Origin: Ginglymostoma cirratum
Lineage: Eukaryota
DNA length: 64,000 nt
Direction: 5' to 3'
Assembly (NCBI GenBank): GCA_024137785.1
Contig: JAHRHZ010000098.1
Span: 24,183,434-24,247,433 of the forward strand
Shown here: positions 36,645-49,689 of the stretch, one piece after another
Layout of the letters: each line of letters starts with the position of its first letter
Position numbering within the stretch: the first letter of the stretch is position 1
Translations under genes and position numbers: made by a program
The notes under the pieces: model-generated
Database searches by the model: none
Told to the model about the DNA's origin: nothing
The model's input: only the letters and a program-made list of their open reading frames with translations

Positions 36645-37240
36645 ACAGAGATGAGAGGAAAGTTGACCTTTTGGGTTGGGACCCTTCTTCAGAAATGTGG
36701 TAGCGGGGGAGGGTGGAGAGAGCTCAGAAATAAATGGAGAGAGGAGACGTGGGGCTGGGCAAGGTAGGTGGGATGGTGATAGGTGAGTGCAAGGAGGGAG
36801 TGGTGGGGATTAGTCAGTGAGGTGGGAGGGCTGGGTAGGTGGGAGAGAAGATGGACAGGTTGTATCAGGTCAAGGAGGCTGGGATGAGAGGGAGGGTTGA
36901 TCATGGGATGAGGCAGGGGTGGGGAGATTTTGAAACCAGTAAAATCTACATTTAGTCCATCAGGCTGTAGGCTCCCAAGGTGGAATATGAGGTGCTGTTC
37001 CTCCAGTTTGCAGATGGCATCATTATGACACTGGAGGAGGCCCAGAATGGACATGTCACCCAGGGAGGGGGTGTTAAAACGTTTCACAACTGGAAAGTGA
37101 TGTAGTTTGTCGCGTACAGAGCGCAGATGCTCTACAAAACGGTCTCCGAGTCTCTGCTTGGTCTCCCCGATGTAGAAGAGGCCACATCAGGAGCAACAGA
37201 TACAGTAGGCCAAGCTGACGGATATGCAAGTTACCCCATG
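36645..37240 (-). mobile_element. Neptune-type Penelope 3' fragment
   Basis: ORF 36689..37087 GDMSILGLLQCHNDAICKLEEQHLIFHLGSLQPDGLNVDF; degraded hammerhead motif at ~36665-36692. Confidence 0.88.
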
Positions 37241-37869
37241 TCTCATTGGCTGTAAAATGCTTTTGGATGTCCTGTGATTACAAAATGTTTTATATCAATG
37301 AAAATTCCTTCTTTCAGATGTGATATGTGATAAGAAGAACATATTTGGGGGGAGCTGGTAACTTTGACCATTTGGTTTCCAAAATTTTAAACCAAATTAT
37401 TTAATTTTTAGTTCTATTGCAGATTAATTGACAGAGATTTATTGTCATTACTAATGAACAATTCCACGGTCAGGTCATGGAACTACTAGAATGGTAAATG
37501 GCAAACAAAACATTGACCTTTCTTTGTCTCGTAATTCTTATGTGAGAGACCCTTGCTTGCTTATCTTTGGTAAACAGAGATCAGAAGAAAATAAATAATT
37601 TTCTTTATTCTTACTTGAAGTATAATCACAACTTGTACATAGACAGAGGGATAGCCAACTCACCCCGAGCAAAGTTCGACAAATAATAAATTAATGACTT
37701 GTTAATCTATGGTGTTGACAGAAGGAGAAATCTTAGCCAGGACACCAGAAATACCTATGTTTCCTAAAAAAGTACTATTCACACTTATACCTCTACGCAA
37801 GAAGCCAGACATTAATTTGGATTAATATGGCATTCAAAAGTCTGCTCCTCCAAAATGGGACTTCTCAAG

Positions 37870-37981
37870 AAAACCAAAAGAACAGTTCTGCGGAAGGGTC
37901 ACTGGACCTGAAACATTAACTCTGATTTCTTCTTCACAGACGCTGCCAGACCTGCTGAGCTTTTCCAGCAACTTCTGCTTT
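37870..37981 (+). mobile_element. Stand-alone Penelope terminal module (family B)
   Basis: CTGCGGAAGGGTCACTGGACCTGAAACATTA; 14-bp TSD TGGGACTTCTCAAG (37856-37869, 37982-37995). Confidence 0.85.
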
Positions 37982-38274
37982 TGGGACTTCTCAAGGTTGT
38001 GAATTTAAATTATCAAGTACATAAACGTCAGTTCCTTCTTTTTTTCTTCTTTTTCAGACCGGAGTGTTTTAAAAGCTTAATTCAAACACTCAGATGTAAA
38101 GGCCTAAAATGCCCTGGAAAAGGTGACATATTTTGCCTGTTGTTCAAGCAATCTTACTTGGGAATAATTGGGCCCAAAACAAGTTGGTAACTGAATGTTC
38201 ACAGATCTTTGACAGACACGCTTTAGTCAAAACTCTAGGTCCCTAAATGTTTTATGACAATTACAAATAATCTA

Positions 38275-38450
38275 TTCTATTGATGTTGGCTGAGGGATAA
38301 ATATTGGTCAGGGCATGAAAGAGAATTCCTGCGTTCACTTTTGGTTAGTGCTATGAGATCTTTTTTATAATGACTGTAGACCAGAAGAAGCACCAGTTTA
38401 TTTGATTTCATTTCTGACTGTGCAACACTCATTACTGTATTGGACTAGCA
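38275..38450 (-). mobile_element. Deu-domain SINE remnant (another at ~37705-37860)
   Basis: GTTGGCTGAGGGATAAATATTGGTCAGG...TAGTGCTATGAGATCTTTT is the reverse complement of the Deu-core motif as recalled. Confidence 0.55.
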
Positions 38451-38599
38451 ATTGGTTTAACTTAATGTAGTTTAATTCAGTCATTAGCCTGGGCTTCGTG
38501 GTCATTGAGGGAATAGGGCATAAATCTTTAACCTTTATAGAGAATAAAGAAGACAATCTCACTGCCTAATTCTATCTGAATTAAACTTTTCTAATAATC

Positions 38600-39480
38600 T
38601 CCCAGGTGGTACCTCATGAAAGGCTTTCCGAAAGACACCTGTACTACGTCCACTACTTTTCCTCACAAACAGTATCTATTAACTCCAAAAAGAATACTGA
38701 TATTTGTCAACTATGATTGTTCTGTATGAAATGCATGCTAGCCATTTCTATTTTCTCTTCATTTAGATGTCTGGTGATTTTATCCTTTTGTTAAAGGCTA
38801 TAAAATTTTACCCACCACAGATGTTAACCTAAATGGTCTGCAATTACCCAGATTAGCTCTGTCTCCCTTTTTAAAAATATTGTCAACTCTCCAGTCCTCC
38901 AGTGCAACATCCTGATTGAATAGAGGCCTGAAATATAATTCTAGAGCATTGACAATATTATCCCTCAGGATATATCCTATCAGTCCCTTTTTTGTCTTCC
39001 TCTGGTCTAAATAAATTATATAAAATGTTCCTTTTATCCATCATAATATCGCTCATCTTGCCCTCAACCACTTCAGGAATCACTTCTTCTGTGATATCTT
39101 TTTACATAAAGAGCTGTGCAAAGTACTTATTCAATACCTCTGCCGGTTTTTGAATCTACAAATTCAGAATGTTCTCCACTCAGGAATCCCATATAATTTT
39201 TAACAATTCACTGTAATAGTTGCGAGATACTTGAATATTCCTTTTGACACTTCTGAATTTTCTTTCATGCTCCATTTTCCTTCATCCTACTCTCAACGTC
39301 CTCTCCTATTTTTTTCATATTATACTGTAGTTTTCATAATTAGTAAGACCTATACTCCTTATTGGGCCTCTTTTTAACTGTTTTTCCAACCTCTTTATGT
39401 AGTCTGGCATCTCAAAGCTGCTAAATCTCCTTTTTTAATTTGAACAGATTTATTCAGGACACATTTCTTTGGGGTTCCTT
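38600..39480 (-). mobile_element. Ancient CR1-like ORF2 relic
   Basis: GAAAGGCTTTCCGAAAGACACCTGTACTACGTCC (minus: DVVQVSFGKPF, cf. DVVYLDFxKAF) and NCRPFRLTSVVGKIL on the minus strand. Confidence 0.6.
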
Positions 39481-41449
39481 TTGCTTCACCTTTTGTAAAT
39501 TCACTGGTATTTCAATGGAAATCCCATCTCACACACACATGAATGGGGCTTCTACCAAACATTGATGGAAACATTGGCAGCAGAAAGGCAAAGCCCTGAG
39601 GAAGTCCACCATCATTTTGTGCCTTTGAAATTTGTTTAACATTTCATGGACAAGACAATTTGGAAACTCAAGTCATAAAACAGGATAACAGTTTCTTATA
39701 ACTCCAGTTTGACATGCATTCAATTTAAGCAAATGGATTTTCGGTCATAGCACTCCAGTTGAAAGTATAAATCTGAATTCTTCATTCAAAGGCAGCACAA
39801 GAAGGTGGGCATATTTTAAAGTTTTTTTTATCACTCTGTGATCTTTGTGTGAATGACAACAAATCAATTGCTCGATGTACAAAGTCTTAAAATTAAGTTG
39901 AATTTTCCTTCTGTTCATGATACTGTGGAATGCATTTCAGTTTTCCAAGTGAATTCTTTATAAAACACAACTCTTAAATTGCACACAGCTTTGAAGATTT
40001 GTTGTCACTGACATCAAAGTCTTGCGTTAGAAATTTCTGCAAATACATAATATCCATTTTATAGTTTGACGTTTTGGGTATTTACTGTCTTTAGAAAAAA
40101 AGGGTGTTTTTGCACCTACCTGAATATTATTTAATTTGGATTTATTCCTTCTGTGAATGACACTCCATTCATATTTCATCTGCACTTTCAGAAGCTACAG
40201 AAATGTCCATGCAATGGAATTTAAATGGGAGAATGATGAAAATTAATTGGAATAGACTTGTTTTTTAAAAAAAAATCCATACCACATTCAGTGTTTTAAA
40301 CAGGATAATTGTATTTTTGTTGTACTAACTCCTTTAAATTTTCAATTTTTGATTGAAAAATCTCCAAATGTTATGAGCAGGAAGCAGAAAAGATCAAGGC
40401 AGAAATTGATAAGTGTTAAATTACATATAAGCCCTGTTCCTGTTAACACAGGAGGATCTGTAATGCATTCATTGCACTCAGTCTCACTATTGACGACTTC
40501 TGGAAAATACTGCATGTTTGAAGAAGGAATCCTGTCCAGCTTCATTGGCACTTTATGAAAATTGCTGTTTTTTTAAAACTCTTAGATCAGCCAGCATAGC
40601 TGCACAGGGTGTTTTTCAAGTTGAACATTTTTTTGGTTCAAGGAGACAAGTGGACATGTAATGATATTTCAAACCTGTCAATAATAGAAGTATCTTCATT
40701 GTCGGACAAGGGGCTCACACACTACATGCATGCTGAAAACCCCCAGTAAGTCTTAAAAGGAAGCCGGATCCTGTGCTCATCAGGCACTTAAGTAGACGAC
40801 AGCAAGGCTTCCTCCCAACTAAGGCCCCTGAGGTAGGGAGTCCTGGCACAAGGAATTTTCTTGCTAATCAGAGACCAGTGACTCCAGCACTCCAGTGCAC
40901 CACTGAGGAAGATGTGAATGCTGCTGGTGCAGCACTCCCAGGACTTATAGGATAGTGGACCAACCAGGGGCAAAAGTAGGCATACTTTGGTGGGGGAGGG
41001 GGGTTCTTGTGAGATTGGGTCATGTGCTGAGGTTAGCCATGATGATCAGAAGAACAGGGGTTGGCTGTCAGCAGTTATTCCTTACCCCACCTCTCTTTTC
41101 TCCATCATACAGAAATAATTCCAGATAAAACTTCGTCAACACTTTCCCCATCCAACTTACTGGCATCCAGCACTGATTTACCTGTCGAGAGAGCTGCTTA
41201 TAATTTGTCCTGCCAGAAATATGAGGTGTCGCATTTTGGTGCAACAAACAGGGACAGGACTATACAATTAATGTTAGGATGTCAGGTAGTGTTGTAGAAC
41301 AGAGAGACCGAAGGGTTTAGGTACTTAATTCTTTAAAGTTTGCATCACATGTAGATAGAGTGGTTAAAAAAGTATTGAGCATGCTTTACTTCATTGCTTG
41401 GTCTTTTGTGTATAGGAGTGGGGAAGTTATGTTGAGGTTGTACAGACAT

Positions 41450-41648
41450 TGATTGATTGATTGATTGTCACGTGTACCGAATGACAGTGAAAAGCTTTGT
41501 ATACAAGGAGTACAGGCAGATCATAGTAAGCAAGGATGTACAGATCAAAGAAGACTTAGACAGAGGCATACACGTTACATTGCATCGGGCGTCCGCTAGG
41601 TGAGATCAACATTGGTAAGGTCAGCATTATTTGAGGCTAGAGAGTACC
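41450..41648 (-). mobile_element. Rex1/Babar-like LINE 3' tail
   Basis: (TTGA)n then TTGTCACGTGTACCG..ACAGTGAAAAGC; similar tail architecture to 50560-50637. Confidence 0.6.
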
Positions 41649-42130
41649 TTGGTGAGGCCTCAGCAGGAGTAATGTGTCTAGTTCTGCTCGCTTGTTATAG
41701 ATAGGATATTATTAAGCTAGAGAGGGTTTAGGAGGCATTTATCATAATGTTGGTAAGTATGGAAGGTTTGATTTATAAAGAAAGGCTGGATAGACTAGCA
41801 CCTTTTTCACTGGAGCGTAGGAAGTTGAGAGGTGATCTAATAGAGGTTTATAAAATCATGAGGTGTGTAGATAGAATCAATAGTAGGTGTCTTCTCCCTA
41901 GGATGGGGGATTTCAAGTCTAGAGGGCATATTTTTAAGGTGAGAGGAGATAAATTTAAAAACGACATGAGGCACAAATTTTTTTACACATAAGGTGGTTC
42001 CTGTGTGGAAGTGATTGATGCAGACATAGTTACAACATTTAAAAAGCACTTAGATATGTACATGAATAAGAAAGGTTTGGGATATGGATCAGGAGCACAC
42101 AGGTAGGGCTAGTTTAATTTTGGACTATAA

Positions 42131-43386
42131 GATAACAAGGTGTAGAGCTGGATGAACACAGCAGGCCAAGCAGCGTCAGAGGAGCAGGAAAGTTGACGTT
42201 TCAGGTCTAGACCCTTCTTCAGAAATGGGGGAGGGGAAGAGGATTGTGAAATAAATAGGGAGAGAGGGGGAGGTGGATATAAGATGGATAAAGGAGAAGA
42301 TACGTGGAGAAGAGACAGACAGGTCAAAGAAGCGGGCATGGAGCCACTAAAGGTGAGTGTAGGTGGGGAGTTAGGGAGGGGATAGGTCAGTCCAGGGAGG
42401 ACAGGCAGGTCAAGAGGGCAGGATGAGGTTAGTAGGTAGGAGATGGGGCTGGGGCTTGAGGTAGAAGGAGTGGGTAGGTGGGAGGAAGGACAGGTCAGGG
42501 AGACGGGGACAAGGTGGGCTGGTTTTGGGATGTGGTAGGGGGAGGGAAGATTTTGAAGCTTGTGAAGTCCACATTGATACCATTGGGCTGCAGGGTTCCC
42601 AAGCAAAATATGAGATGCTGTTCCTGCAACCTTTGGGTGGCATCGTTGTGGCACTGCAGGAGGCCCAGGACGGACATGTCGTCTGAGGAATGGGAGGGGG
42701 AGTTGAAATGGTTCGTGACTGGGAGGTGCAGTTGTTTAGTGCGAACTGAGCGTAGGTGTTCCGCGAAGCGGTTCCCAAGCCTCCGTTTGGTTTCCCCGAT
42801 GTAGAGGAGGCCACAATGGGAACAGCGGATACAGTATGCCACATTAGCATATGTGTAGGTGAACATCTGCTTGATGTGGAAGGTCTTCTTAGGGCCTGGG
42901 ATGGGGGTGAGGGCGGAGGCGAAGGGGCAGGTGTAGCACTTCCTGCGGTTGCAGGGAAAAGTGCCGGGTGTGGTGGGGCTGGAGGGGAGTGTGGAGCTGA
43001 CAATGGAGTCATGGAGAGAGTGGTCCCTCCGGAAAGCAGATAAGGGTGGGGAGGGAAAAATATCTTTGGGGGTGGGGTCGGATTGCAGATGGCAGAAGTG
43101 CCAGAGGATGACGTGTTGCATCCGGAGGTTGGTGGGATCGTACATGAGGACGAGGGGGATTCTGTTTGGGTTGTTATTGCGGGGAGAGGATGTGAGGGAT
43201 GAGATGTGGGAAATGCGGAAGACACGGTTCTCGACCACCAATTGGGGGGAAGTTGTGTTCCTTGAAAAACGAGGACATCTGAGATGTTCGGGAGTGGAAT
43301 GTTTCATTCTGGGAGCAGATGTGGCGGAGGCGAAGGAATTGGTAATAGGGGATGGCATTTTTGCAGGAAGGTGAGTGGGAGGAGTT
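42131..43386 (-). mobile_element. Neptune-type Penelope element (RT thumb, Cys linker, GIY-YIG, hammerhead module)
   Basis: ORF 42495..43358: GTFPCNRRKCYTCP linker, NVAYCIRCSHCGLLYIGETKRRLGNRFAEH...RLQEQHLIF..LQPNGIN; CTGAAGAAGGGTCTAGACCTGAAACGTC at 42195-42222. Confidence 0.93.
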
Positions 43387-45679
43387 GAACTATGTTCGGC
43401 ATGGACCGGTTGGACCTAAGGGTTTGTTTCCATGCTATATGACTCTATGAAGCTGCCTGGTCAGGAAGACACCCTTAAGTAGTTGTTAATTAATTGTTAA
43501 TTGGGCACTTAAGCATCTTATGTGGAGTTGGCACCGAAAGGCTCATCCATAATTTACTTGAACGGAGGTAGGAAAGCATTAGGCAGACATCCTGATGACA
43601 ACTCGCCTCATTTTCCAGGTTTCCTACCTCCTTTCTCACCTGCTGCAAGATCAGGAGAATCCACCCATTGACTTTTTCTATCTTCAAGTAAAATAATAGA
43701 AATTCATTAAAGATTAACTGAATGCAGTTTGGAACATAATGAGGCGTAAGCTGCTAAAAGCTCAGTGCATTATAGCAGAAGGGCAATTGACCTATATAGT
43801 GCTTTACTGAGTAAGCACTTTGGAAGTTTTTTTGGATTCACTTTCCTCAGAAGGCTTAATAATTGCGGTCATCCCAAGACAGAGAAGAACATGCAGGATT
43901 TTCTGACACAATGAGCTTTATGGATGAATGGGTTTTTCACTCCAGGTTTTCTTCTGTTCATTAGAGCATGGTTTTCTATAACCTCAGCACTGTATAATCA
44001 GTTTAGCCTGACCAATTTATCAATGTTTAATATGCCTGACTAGGTTCTGTTCAGAAGCAGGAGCAGCTGAAGCTGAAGAAAACAGTTCTACTTTAGACCA
44101 GCCATTGCTGACGCTTTATGCTAATTTGTATTGATTCCCTGATGCACTGCAGCTCCTTACTATAGAGTACAAATGCTGATTTGTATTTCCTAAGTTGTGT
44201 GGAGTACAGCAGTGCATGGCTATTAAACAGCAGGGGAAACACCAATGAAACAAGATGGTACTATTTACCATTTCACTGTCGTACAATTCCACGAGTCAAC
44301 TTTCATTCTGAGAACAGAATACAAATCAGCATCGACTTGATTGGATTCCCTCAACTATGAACTAAAACATTCATTAATAGTATCTTCACCCAAACATCAT
44401 TCTGATGTGGACATGGTTATTCGAATTCTAAATGTCAATAATTTATTCATCTGTAACAATCATTGAAAGAATGAGTCCGCATCTAATTAAACTCTGGAGG
44501 ATTTAAGTGCAGCTCATGGCAGGTATTTCTTCGCTTGAATCTATGCCAATGACTAACACTGTGTCAGAAATACTTCCTTTTTGAGATCTTTGAAAATGTT
44601 GAGTTCCTCAGCATCTGTAATTCTGGCCAAGTGTGGCTCACTTCGACTGTGAGAGACAACTTGTTCCTACAAATGACTGACGAAAATGTTGCCCGGACAG
44701 TCGCACATTACTCAGAGATCTAAGTTCACAGAACGGGACAGCAGAATGAAAATGCCCCACAGCTGTCCCAGTTAGGCTCAGTCTAACAACAGGAAATCCG
44801 TTGGGAGTTCATCAGTTTGCAGGTAAATCTCATTGCCAATATAACAAAGTAGCCCATAATCCATTTCCCAATTAGATAACATGAGATATATTTAAATATC
44901 GAAAAGAATTCAATGACAAGCATTTATGAACAGTGTTAAGTGGCTTCAAATTACATTCTGACTAAAAATAAGGTAACCCCATGTCTCTTGGTTATTATTT
45001 AAGTCATTGTGCTCAGCTGCAAGGTGGTCCATTAGTTGGGTAGTGGAAAAAGAGGTGGCGAAAAATATCAATGCTCAGCTGAGACTAGTGTTGTCATGTT
45101 ATCTTGATTCGAGACAGCTGAGTAGGAAATTTCTAGTGTGAACACTGAGCATCAGTGAATACGTGATAACATTTTGACCAGGGGTTGTTAAGCTATTTGA
45201 CCAGATTAGCAATGATTCCCTTACCTTTAGATGACTGCTGTGCCTGAGAATTCTGCAAAAAGGGCCTTCTGTTATTCAAACGGCCAGGAATCCTAGTATC
45301 AATCTGCAAAAGAGATCTCCATAGTAACCATGCCCAGTTATAAGCACTAAGAGCTGTATTCTGGAATTAAATGTCTGTATGTTCTGTAGTTTAAATGTCC
45401 AGCATACACTCTGTGAAAGGGTTAAGTATGTTAACTTAAGTCGTTGGGGAGCTGGTGAGTCAGGGTGTAGAGTGCCAGTTGGGTCAGTTGACTCCTGGTA
45501 CCAGTGGGAACGGCATCAGAGCTCCAGTTTGGGTCAACTATAAGTGTAACGTGTCAGAGGGGTGTCAGGTCCTGCATGGTTGAGTTGGGTGGGCATTGGG
45601 TTGAGTCTGGGTGTTGAGTCGAGGATGCGGTATTGGGTCTGATGGTAGAGGGAGGTCAGGGTTGGTTGTCAGATGGGGT

Positions 45680-45773
45680 TAACAAGGTGTGGAGCTGGAT
45701 GAACACAGCAGGCCAAGCAGCATCATAGGAGCAGGAAAGCTTGACGTTTTGGGCCTAGACCCTTCATCAGAAA
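45680..45773 (-). mobile_element. Stand-alone Penelope terminal module (family A)
   Basis: Minus strand CTGATGAAGGGTCTAGGCCCAAAACGTC (GAAA box mutated) plus GCTGTGTTCATCCAGCTCCACACCTTGTTA; sits inside a G-rich DNA-transposon-like relic (~45420-46075). Confidence 0.85.
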
Positions 45774-46724
45774 TAGGGTGTTGGGTTTTGGGTCAGAGAT
45801 GTCAAGGATCAAGAGTGGGGATTATAATGGCGGGGATAGGGGAGCAGGGATCAATGATAAGTCCGGGGTTCAGTTTAACAGTTACACAGGTATTAAAGTA
45901 ACTTTTTAATACTTGAACTCTTTCTGAGTAACTATTCAGCATAAGTGAGTTGGAAACCATTGAATTCCTGGACTTTAAGGAACCTTCTTTGGAGAGCTAC
46001 AGATGCAGGGGAATTGCTCATTAGAATTTTCAATTTCATAAGGAATTCCCACAGAGTCAGCTGTGTCAGGAATTCTGCATTGCCCTGGCATACAAATCCA
46101 GCCTATGTTGCCCCAACAACAATCTGCCATTTGAATATCTGGGCTATAGTATATTGCCCAACACTTCTGTTGGCAAAGCAGAGGACCAAAGAACTGGGCA
46201 GAAATCTGACAGAATGAATCTCTAAGAAACTTTTCCACTTCTGTCAGCCCCGGTTGATGGAAAACCAAGGACTTTATGTTTCGTGTCCCTAGAAAATAGT
46301 ATCACAGAGGATGGAATTTTTGAACAATTGCTTTCAATTTTCCAGTTTTGAAAAAAGACAGCAATCATTATGACAACATTTGTAAACAAGCTGTCAAAAA
46401 GGTTTGACCCTGTCTGCCTGATGGTGGCAGAGCTAGGGAAGCTAAAGGCCCTCTGAGTGAGGCGTGCTTCTGGCCACTACTAGCCTGACTCACATGGGAC
46501 CTCAGGCTAAGGACACTCACATAGTTCTGGGTCTCAGCTCCAATAGCTTCATAGACGTCTCATATTCCCAGCCTGCACCATGCCAAGGTATTTGTTTGTC
46601 TTCAAAGCTAAGCACAAGTTAATGCAACAGGGATCCTCCACTAGTGTTATTTAAGGGGTCAGTGATCCAAGATGAGGTGGTCTTGAGTAAATTCTGCTGT
46701 TGGAAAGTTGTTGGAAGTACTGTG

Positions 46725-47305
46725 GTAACAAAGTGTGGAGCTGGAGGAACACAGCAGGCCAGGCAGCATCAGAGGAGCAGGATAGCTAATGTTTCGCGTC
46801 GGGACCCTTCTTCAGAAACGGGGAGGAGGAGGGGAGCTCAGAAATAAATAGAGAGAGGAGGGGTGGGATGGTGATAGGTGAGTGCATGTAAGCGGTGGTG
46901 GGGATTGGTCAGTGAGGTGGGAGGGGCGGATAGACGAGAGAGAAAAGATGGACAGGTTGTGTCAGGTCAAGGAGGCAGGGATGAGATGGAAGGTTGGTCA
47001 TGGGATGAGGCCAGGGGTGGGGAGATTTTGAAACTGGTAAAATCCATGTTTAAGCCATCGGGCTGTAGGCTCCAGAGGCAGAAAATGAGCTGCTCTTCCA
47101 GTTTGCGGGTAGCGTCATTGTAACACTGGAGGAAGCCAAGGATGGACATGTCACCCAGGAAGTGGGAGGCGGAGTTAAAATGGCTCATGACCGGAAGGTG
47201 TTGTCATTTGTAGCGTACAGAATGCAGATGCTCTACAAAACGGTCTCCGAGTCTGCGCTTGGTCTCCCCGATTTAGAGGAGGCCACATCGGGTGCAACGG
47301 ATGCT
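46725..47305 (-). mobile_element. Neptune-type Penelope 3' fragment
   Basis: ORF 46967..47188 GDMSILGFLQCYNDATRKLEEQLIFCLWSLQPDGLNMDF; hammerhead-like motif at ~46789-46815. Confidence 0.88.
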
Positions 47306-47939
47306 GTGATGTTTGGTTTGAAGAACTATGGTGATTCATTGAGTTTAGCAGGAAGTTTTGCTGCACTTTCATAGGCAGGATAGAAAATTTAGTGACATGT
47401 CCAGATGAAGGCTGTAAGAGTTGCATGGGATTGTATTTGGATTGACAGTACAATAGAGAAATGGATCAGAGTCTGTGAAGAGTGCATGCTCTGTGAGGGG
47501 GAAGGATAAGGCAGGGAGGAGGCTTTGGGAATTTTGGTCTGAATGGAATGCCTGGGAATGCCACAATTCCATTAGAATGTCATCCCTTCATCACCACTGG
47601 CCCACTATACCCCAACTTTCAATTCATCCAGTTGACATTGTGTCAAACTTTGACTGAATCTTAACTTTAACCATCAACTCCTCTTGAGGATTGGGAGTAT
47701 GACATTGATTAATTTTTCTTCACCAAATGCCCTGACTCACTTTGCTCTGCCAGTTTACCAGTGAATTTTGTAATATTGACAAATGTTCAGTTACCTTGTG
47801 ACTTACATATCTTTCTAACTTTTAATTTTGACTTGAGGAGGAATTCAGATTACAGGAAGTTTCTCATGCACTCTTGTCATGTTTCATCTTCCAAACACAT
47901 TTTCCACATGGCACTGGTGGAATCTCACTCCGGCTTTCA

Positions 47940-49480
47940 CTAGATATGTGAATACACATAATCTCATTAGGACACTCTAATCATACTATTTCCTTATCAC
48001 TTTAGTGCTTTTTTACCATGATCTTTTAACCAGCATGAGTTCTCTAAATTTTATGCCTCATGCACCATGACTTAACTTTATCTTCATTTTCTCTTACTTT
48101 GTTACCGATGTTAAGTTTAAGCAAATTAAATCTCATCCTAAGAACATGTTAGGCCAAAAGCTCTTAAAGCAAGCAACCTCTTGTAGAATGTGAGGCTATT
48201 CTGTAAAAGGAAGGATAACTTATGTAGCCTATGTTGAAGGCAAACAAAAAAAGTGTTTGGATTGTCAGCTAGCAAATTTACGCTTCTATTAAGACTGCTG
48301 CAAATCTGTACACTTCTTTCTGCAGTACCTACCAGTGCTGGGCAACCTAATGGTATTAGGGTATATTTAACTCCATTCTTCCTCAGAAATATTTCAAACA
48401 CTTCTAATGTGAACTGTGCAACATCATCTGACACCGTCTCATACGGCAATTCATTAATCATAACCCAACTTCTCAAAAGCTCAGTACTTTTTGTACACAA
48501 GGTAAAGACCATAAGCTCAATATTTTTCCATTTGCCATAGCCACGAAAACAAGGTATGCTATCTATTCTACTTCCAAGAAATTAATATGACTTATTCTGA
48601 TTGTTTTCTTATGTTTGACTGTATAAGGAATAGAATGTTTGTTAGACCATTTATCTTTTTGACGCGCTCCTCAATTTTTCACATATTCTTCATTATTCAC
48701 TTGTATTTGGCTGTGGTCTCATCACATGCCTCCTTCCACCTCATCCTCTTACTTTTGCTCATTGACTTGGAATAGATTTAATTTTTTTTAAGCCTCCCGT
48801 GAACATGTTTCTAAGGTTGATTAGTACATTTGTGTTGACAGCACAGGGTTGAGACAGTTTCTTTACTTTGAAAATGAAATCTAAAAGAGTATCACTTGAC
48901 AAATGCTTCATTTCATGGCATGTGACTCTTTGTCATGCCATAGTATGAGTCCAGAATCTTATTAATTTCAGCATATCCCATCATACTGGTATCCCTTATA
49001 GAACACTGATTAAAATCTATGAAGAAATCTGGCTCTATCATAGTGACGAAGGAATTAATTTTATCTTCATCATATATTTTATTCATTTCAAGCAAATGGA
49101 TACCTTTTATTTGAAACTACACCTTGTTAGAGCTGAATTGGCCCGTTGCTTCCAAATATGCTCTCAGTGCCATTTTTTAAAAAAATTAAGTACGATGCTC
49201 GTTCACTGTATACTTCATGAAAATGCTGTGCACAAGAAGTAATCTTTAAAATTGCTCAAACACCCCCAGACTCAAGGTTAGGAGTTCCAAAAATGTGTCA
49301 CAATGCTCCACAGTCCTTAGTTTCTCAAATTAAAACAATTAGAAAATCTCATCCCTCTTTAATTGCCATCTTTTATAGCTCTTAATCAGATTAGCACATT
49401 CTCAACTACAGGCAGCTATATTGAACAACTTTATTCTATACCACTCCAACACGCCATGATGATTATACGCTTTACAGCAC
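47940..49480 (-). mobile_element. Internally deleted Gypsy LTR retrotransposon relic (gag N-terminus + integrase)
   Basis: ORF 48138..48512 LPYETVSDDVAQFTLEVFEIFLRKNGVKYTLIPLGCPALVGTAERSVQI (rve: IVSDNGPQFTS..F...NGI....PYHPASNGxAERxVQ); 48913..49095 gag-like LEMNKIYDEDKINSFVTMI. Confidence 0.75.
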
Positions 49481-49689
49481 ATCTGTTTATGGAGGTGCCA
49501 TAAATTTTTAGAGATGCCCTTGCATCCTGTAATGCTATTAGGTGGTACTACACTAGTGGTTATAGCATGACTAGTGAAGAGTTCTTGATAGTTGAAGATG
49601 ACTGCAGATGTCCTGGCACAGTGCCCTTGAACAACTCTGGGACTTCAGGGCCTGGTTTTGGACTATATCATCTTGGTATGAATGTCTGG

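Larger units (their letters stand above)
41215..43450 (+). mobile_element. CR1 LINE 3' part interrupted by a Rex1 tail and a Penelope element
   Basis: ORF 41747..41992 YKERLDRLAPFSLERRKLRGDLIEVYKIMR; 3' UTR resumes at 43387 and ends CTATATGACTCTATGA. Confidence 0.88.
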
